Assembly (NCBI GenBank): GCA_951812825.1 | Contig: OX638324.1 | Coordinates: 2,331,141 to 2,395,140 of the forward strand | DNA from: an uncultured Dehalococcoidia bacterium | GTDB taxonomy: Bacteria > Chloroflexota > Dehalococcoidia > Lucifugimonadales > GCA-2712585 | DNA length: 64,000 nucleotides | Direction of reading: 5' to 3' | Part shown: positions 61,374 to 64,000 of the stretch, one piece after another | Numbering within the stretch: the first letter of the stretch is position 1 | Layout of the letters: every line of letters begins with the position of its first letter | The notes under the pieces: model-generated | Told to the model about the DNA's origin: nothing | Database searches by the model: none | The model's input: only the letters and a program-made list of their open reading frames with translations | Made by a program: the position numbers and the translations under genes

Positions 61374-62365
61374 TTGCCAGCCGACTCCTTCGTGACGGAG
61401 ATAGGGGCCTGCCAGCAGGCGGACTGCTGGTTCCGGGTCACGCCTACCAGCGGAGGCACTTCCTCGGCGCATCTGTCCACGGCGTAGGTGCAACGCTCCC
61501 GGAAGGCGCATCCTTTCGGCAGGTACGCCAGGTCCGGCGGCTGACCGGGGATGGACTCCAGCACGTCCCTTCTCGGCAGGTCCAGCCTGGGGATGGAGCG
61601 CAGCAGCCCCAGGGTGTAGGGGTGCTGGGGCGAGCGGAAGGTCTCGGCCACGGGGCCGCTCTCGACAATTTTGCCCGCGTACATGATGAAGACCCTGTCC
61701 ACGTAGCGGGCCACGATGCCCATGTTGTGGCTGATGATTATCAGGGCTACGTTCAACTCGCGCGTCAGGCTCTTCATAAGCTCAAGCAGCTGGGCCTGAA
61801 TGGTAACGTCCACTGCGGTAGTCGGCTCGTCGGCGATTATCAGGTTCGGATTGCAGCTCAGGGCCATGGCGATCATCACGCGCTGCCTCATGCCGCCGCT
61901 GAGCCGGTGGGGATGCTCCTTGATGCGCTGGTGCGGATCGGGGATGCCGACCATTTCCAGAAGCTCGACGGCGCGACGGCGGGCTGCGCCCCGGCTCATT
62001 TCCAGATGGGTCTCGAGAGACTCGGTAAGCTGTCTTTCGATGGTGAGCACCGGATTCAGGGAAGTCATGGGTTCCTGGAATATCATTCCGATGCGGTTGC
62101 CCCGGATCCGCTGCATATCCCTGTCGCTGAGGGCAAGGAGGTTCGCGCCTTCAAACAGGATGCGGCCTTCGACGATACGGCCGGGGTAGGGAACGAGGCC
62201 CAGGATGGAGAGGGCGCTGACGCTCTTGCCGCTGCCGCTTTCGCCAACGATGCCCACGGCCTGACCCTCGCCCACCTGGTAGGAAACGTCGTTCACCGCC
62301 TTCACCACGCCGCCATCGGTGTAGAAGTAGGTGTGGAGATTCTGGACTTCTAGAAGGGGGGGCAT
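61370..62365 (-). CDS. Oligopeptide/dipeptide ABC transporter ATP-binding protein (OppD/DppD-like)
   Basis: 331 aa. It has Walker [10 protein letters not shown], the signature LSGGMRQR, Walker B IIADEP and the C-terminal oligo_HPY-type region. Confidence 0.85.
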   Translation of the reverse strand: MPPLLEVQNLHTYFYTDGGVVKAVNDVSYQVGEGQAVGIVGESGSGKSVSALSILGLVPYPGRIVEGRILFEGANLLALSDRDMQRIRGNRIGMIFQEPMTSLNPVLTIERQLTESLETHLEMSRGAARRRAVELLEMVGIPDPHQRIKEHPHRLSGGMRQRVMIAMALSCNPNLIIADEPTTAVDVTIQAQLLELMKSLTRELNVALIIISHNMGIVARYVDRVFIMYAGKIVESGPVAETFRSPQHPYTLGLLRSIPRLDLPRRDVLESIPGQPPDLAYLPKGCAFRERCTYAVDRCAEEVPPLVGVTRNQQSACWQAPISVTKESAGK

Positions 62366-62395
62366 GGCAAGTTCATGACATATCGGAGTCAGGCC

Positions 62396-63121
62396 CTATG
62401 GAGCCTGGCGGGAGCTACGCATTTTCTCAAGCTGGTCCATGACCTCGTTTCTGTTGAGCCCCAGCTCAATTGCCCTTTCCGCGTCGGACTCGGCATTGGC
62501 GTCCTTGCCCAGAGCGGCGTAGGTGAAGGCCCGGTTGGCGTAGGCGTGGGCGAGTTCCGGGTCAAGTTCGATGGCTTTGTCGAAATCTGTCAGCGCCTCC
62601 TCGGTCTTGCCCTGTGCCACGAAGGCGAAACCGCGGCTGTTGTGGGCGGCGGCGTTGTCGGGGTCGAGTTCGATGGCCTTGTCGAAGTCACGGATGGCGG
62701 GAGTGAGCTTAGCCTGGGTCCCGTAGACCTTCCCCCGCTCGAAGTATGCCTCAGCCAGGCCTGGATCTATGCGGAGGGCGCGCCTGTATTCGTCCAGGGC
62801 CAGCTCAAACTCGCTTCTCATGGCGTGGGCCTTGCCCAGACCTAAACGCGCGGGGGCATACTGGTTATCGACCCTCAGGGCACTGCGGTATTCCCGCAGG
62901 GCGGCGCCGGGCTGGCTGTTTTCGAGAAAAGCGTCGGCCCTCTGCATGTGCTCCTGGACGCTGAGCAGGTGCGGTGTGGGTGTGGGAGTCCGGGTAGGCG
63001 TCTCGCCGCCTCCGCAAGCTGATAGGAGAATCAGAATCGCCATAGCCAGCAAAAGGGCCGAGACTGGCAACGTTTCCCTCGTAGCCGAAAGATTTATGTA
63101 AAGCAAGAGACCTGTCCGCAT
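62396..63121 (-). CDS. Tetratricopeptide-repeat lipoprotein
   Basis: 241 aa. It has the lipobox LLSAC and about five consecutive 34-aa TPR units (A..Y..AL..DP..A.AY..RG). Confidence 0.8.
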   Translation of the reverse strand: MRTGLLLYINLSATRETLPVSALLLAMAILILLSACGGGETPTRTPTPTPHLLSVQEHMQRADAFLENSQPGAALREYRSALRVDNQYAPARLGLGKAHAMRSEFELALDEYRRALRIDPGLAEAYFERGKVYGTQAKLTPAIRDFDKAIELDPDNAAAHNSRGFAFVAQGKTEEALTDFDKAIELDPELAHAYANRAFTYAALGKDANAESDAERAIELGLNRNEVMDQLEKMRSSRQAP

Positions 63122-63169
63122 CCGAGGGTTCTAACGCTGTCGGCGCAGTCCACCAAGTCTGGAATCCTC

Positions 63170-64000
63170 CTACCGGAAGGCGGGGAGGGACTGGTCAAGG
63201 TATTCGTAGGCCCGCTGAAGCTGGCTGTCCCTGTTCATCAGGAGGTCCTCCTGGCTCAAGGAAGCGGAGATGTCCGGCAGGATGCCCTCGCCGCTGATGG
63301 CCCTGCCGGAGGGGGTAAACCAGTAGGAAGTGGGGAAATAGAGGGCCCCGCCGTTGCTGAGGGTCACGTAGCTGTTGGTGGAGCCTCTGCCCCTGGTGGG
63401 GTCGCCCATGACAACGCCGCGTCCGGCGTCTTGGAGCGCGCCGGCAAGGGCCTCGGCAGCCTCCGCCGTACCCTCGTTGACCAGGACGACGAGCTTCACC
63501 TCCTGGTCCAGCACGCCGCTGCCTCCGCCCTCCTGCAGGTGAAGGTCCGTGCGGACCTGCTCGTTGTCTATCTGGTAGGCGAAGAGGCCGTCGGTCACGA
63601 ACTGGGCAGCCACATCGCGGGCCAGCTCGAGGGACCCTGTCTGGTTGCTGCGAAGGTCCAGGACCATCCCCAGGGTCTCCAACTCGTTGAAAGTCTCCAG
63701 CACGTCCAACACCTCATCGAGGGTGTGGTCGTAGAAGGCCTGAATGTACATGTAGCCAACGGAACTGGGCAGCAGGGACATGTCCACGGTGGGCACGTTG
63801 ACATTGCCCCGGGTGATGCTGACCTCCCGGGGTTCCGTTTCCGTGGGGCGCTGAATGAGGAAAGTGACCCGGCTGCCCGACGGGCCCCGGATATTGGAGG
63901 TGGACTCGGAGATCTCCGAGTCGCCCACGGGGACGCCGTCAACCTCCAGAATCACGTCGTTTCTCTGAAGGCCGGCCCTGGCCGCGGGGGCGTCGCTCAT
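63170..64000 (-). CDS. S41-family C-terminal processing peptidase (PDZ plus protease domain), N-terminus beyond the window
   Basis: It has a PDZ segment (SDAPAARAGLQRNDVILEVDGVPV) and an S41 core (LDLRSNQTGSLELA, GTAEAAEALAGALQD). The ORF runs off the window edge. Confidence 0.8.
   Translation of the reverse strand: MSDAPAARAGLQRNDVILEVDGVPVGDSEISESTSNIRGPSGSRVTFLIQRPTETEPREVSITRGNVNVPTVDMSLLPSSVGYMYIQAFYDHTLDEVLDVLETFNELETLGMVLDLRSNQTGSLELARDVAAQFVTDGLFAYQIDNEQVRTDLHLQEGGGSGVLDQEVKLVVLVNEGTAEAAEALAGALQDAGRGVVMGDPTRGRGSTNSYVTLSNGGALYFPTSYWFTPSGRAISGEGILPDISASLSQEDLLMNRDSQLQRAYEYLDQSLPAFR

Overview
High-GC bacterial chromosomal segment. Hand counts on single 60-nt lines give about 70% G+C in core genes. 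About 50 genes are callable. Gene content suggests a marine Chloroflexota/SAR202-like organism, but this is inference only. That content comprises four family-III CoA-transferase domains in three genes, a MaoC hydratase, a luciferase-like monooxygenase, an HpcH aldolase, many peptidases, and lipoproteins with long Pro/Thr/Ala linkers. Housekeeping genes are present: serS, lysS, greA, tRNA-Ala(GGC), queC and crcB. Two almost identical IS481-like elements lie in inverted orientation at 5191-6323 and 58867-59999. The strongest signal is a pair of DUF3179 lipoprotein paralogs (28223-29812 and 33071-34777). Each is interrupted by one in-frame TGA at the same position, the first Cys of the conserved CxxC-like motif. 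Each TGA is followed by an identical 24-nt block that folds into a hairpin. TGA is an ordinary stop elsewhere in the window, so these look like a candidate selenoprotein pair with SECIS-like elements. Other items worth a second look:
- A lower-GC gene fusing an N-terminal PLD/HKD nuclease domain to an SF3-like P-loop ATPase (26053-28104).
- A low-GC islet (48.3-50.3 kb) inside the remains of a repetitive surface-protein gene. It carries a tight three-gene cassette with two Cys-less DUF5679-like small proteins.
- A vapBC module whose antitoxin has an in-frame TAA.
- A terminator-capped structured RNA candidate (21284-21479, minus strand).
- A single-chain tandem CoA-transferase with one apparently degenerate half.
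- A retropepsin-like two-gene cassette.
- Several families of intergenic palindromes and repeats.
No CRISPR array, rRNA or prophage was seen. All family assignments come from motif recognition by eye and need database confirmation.
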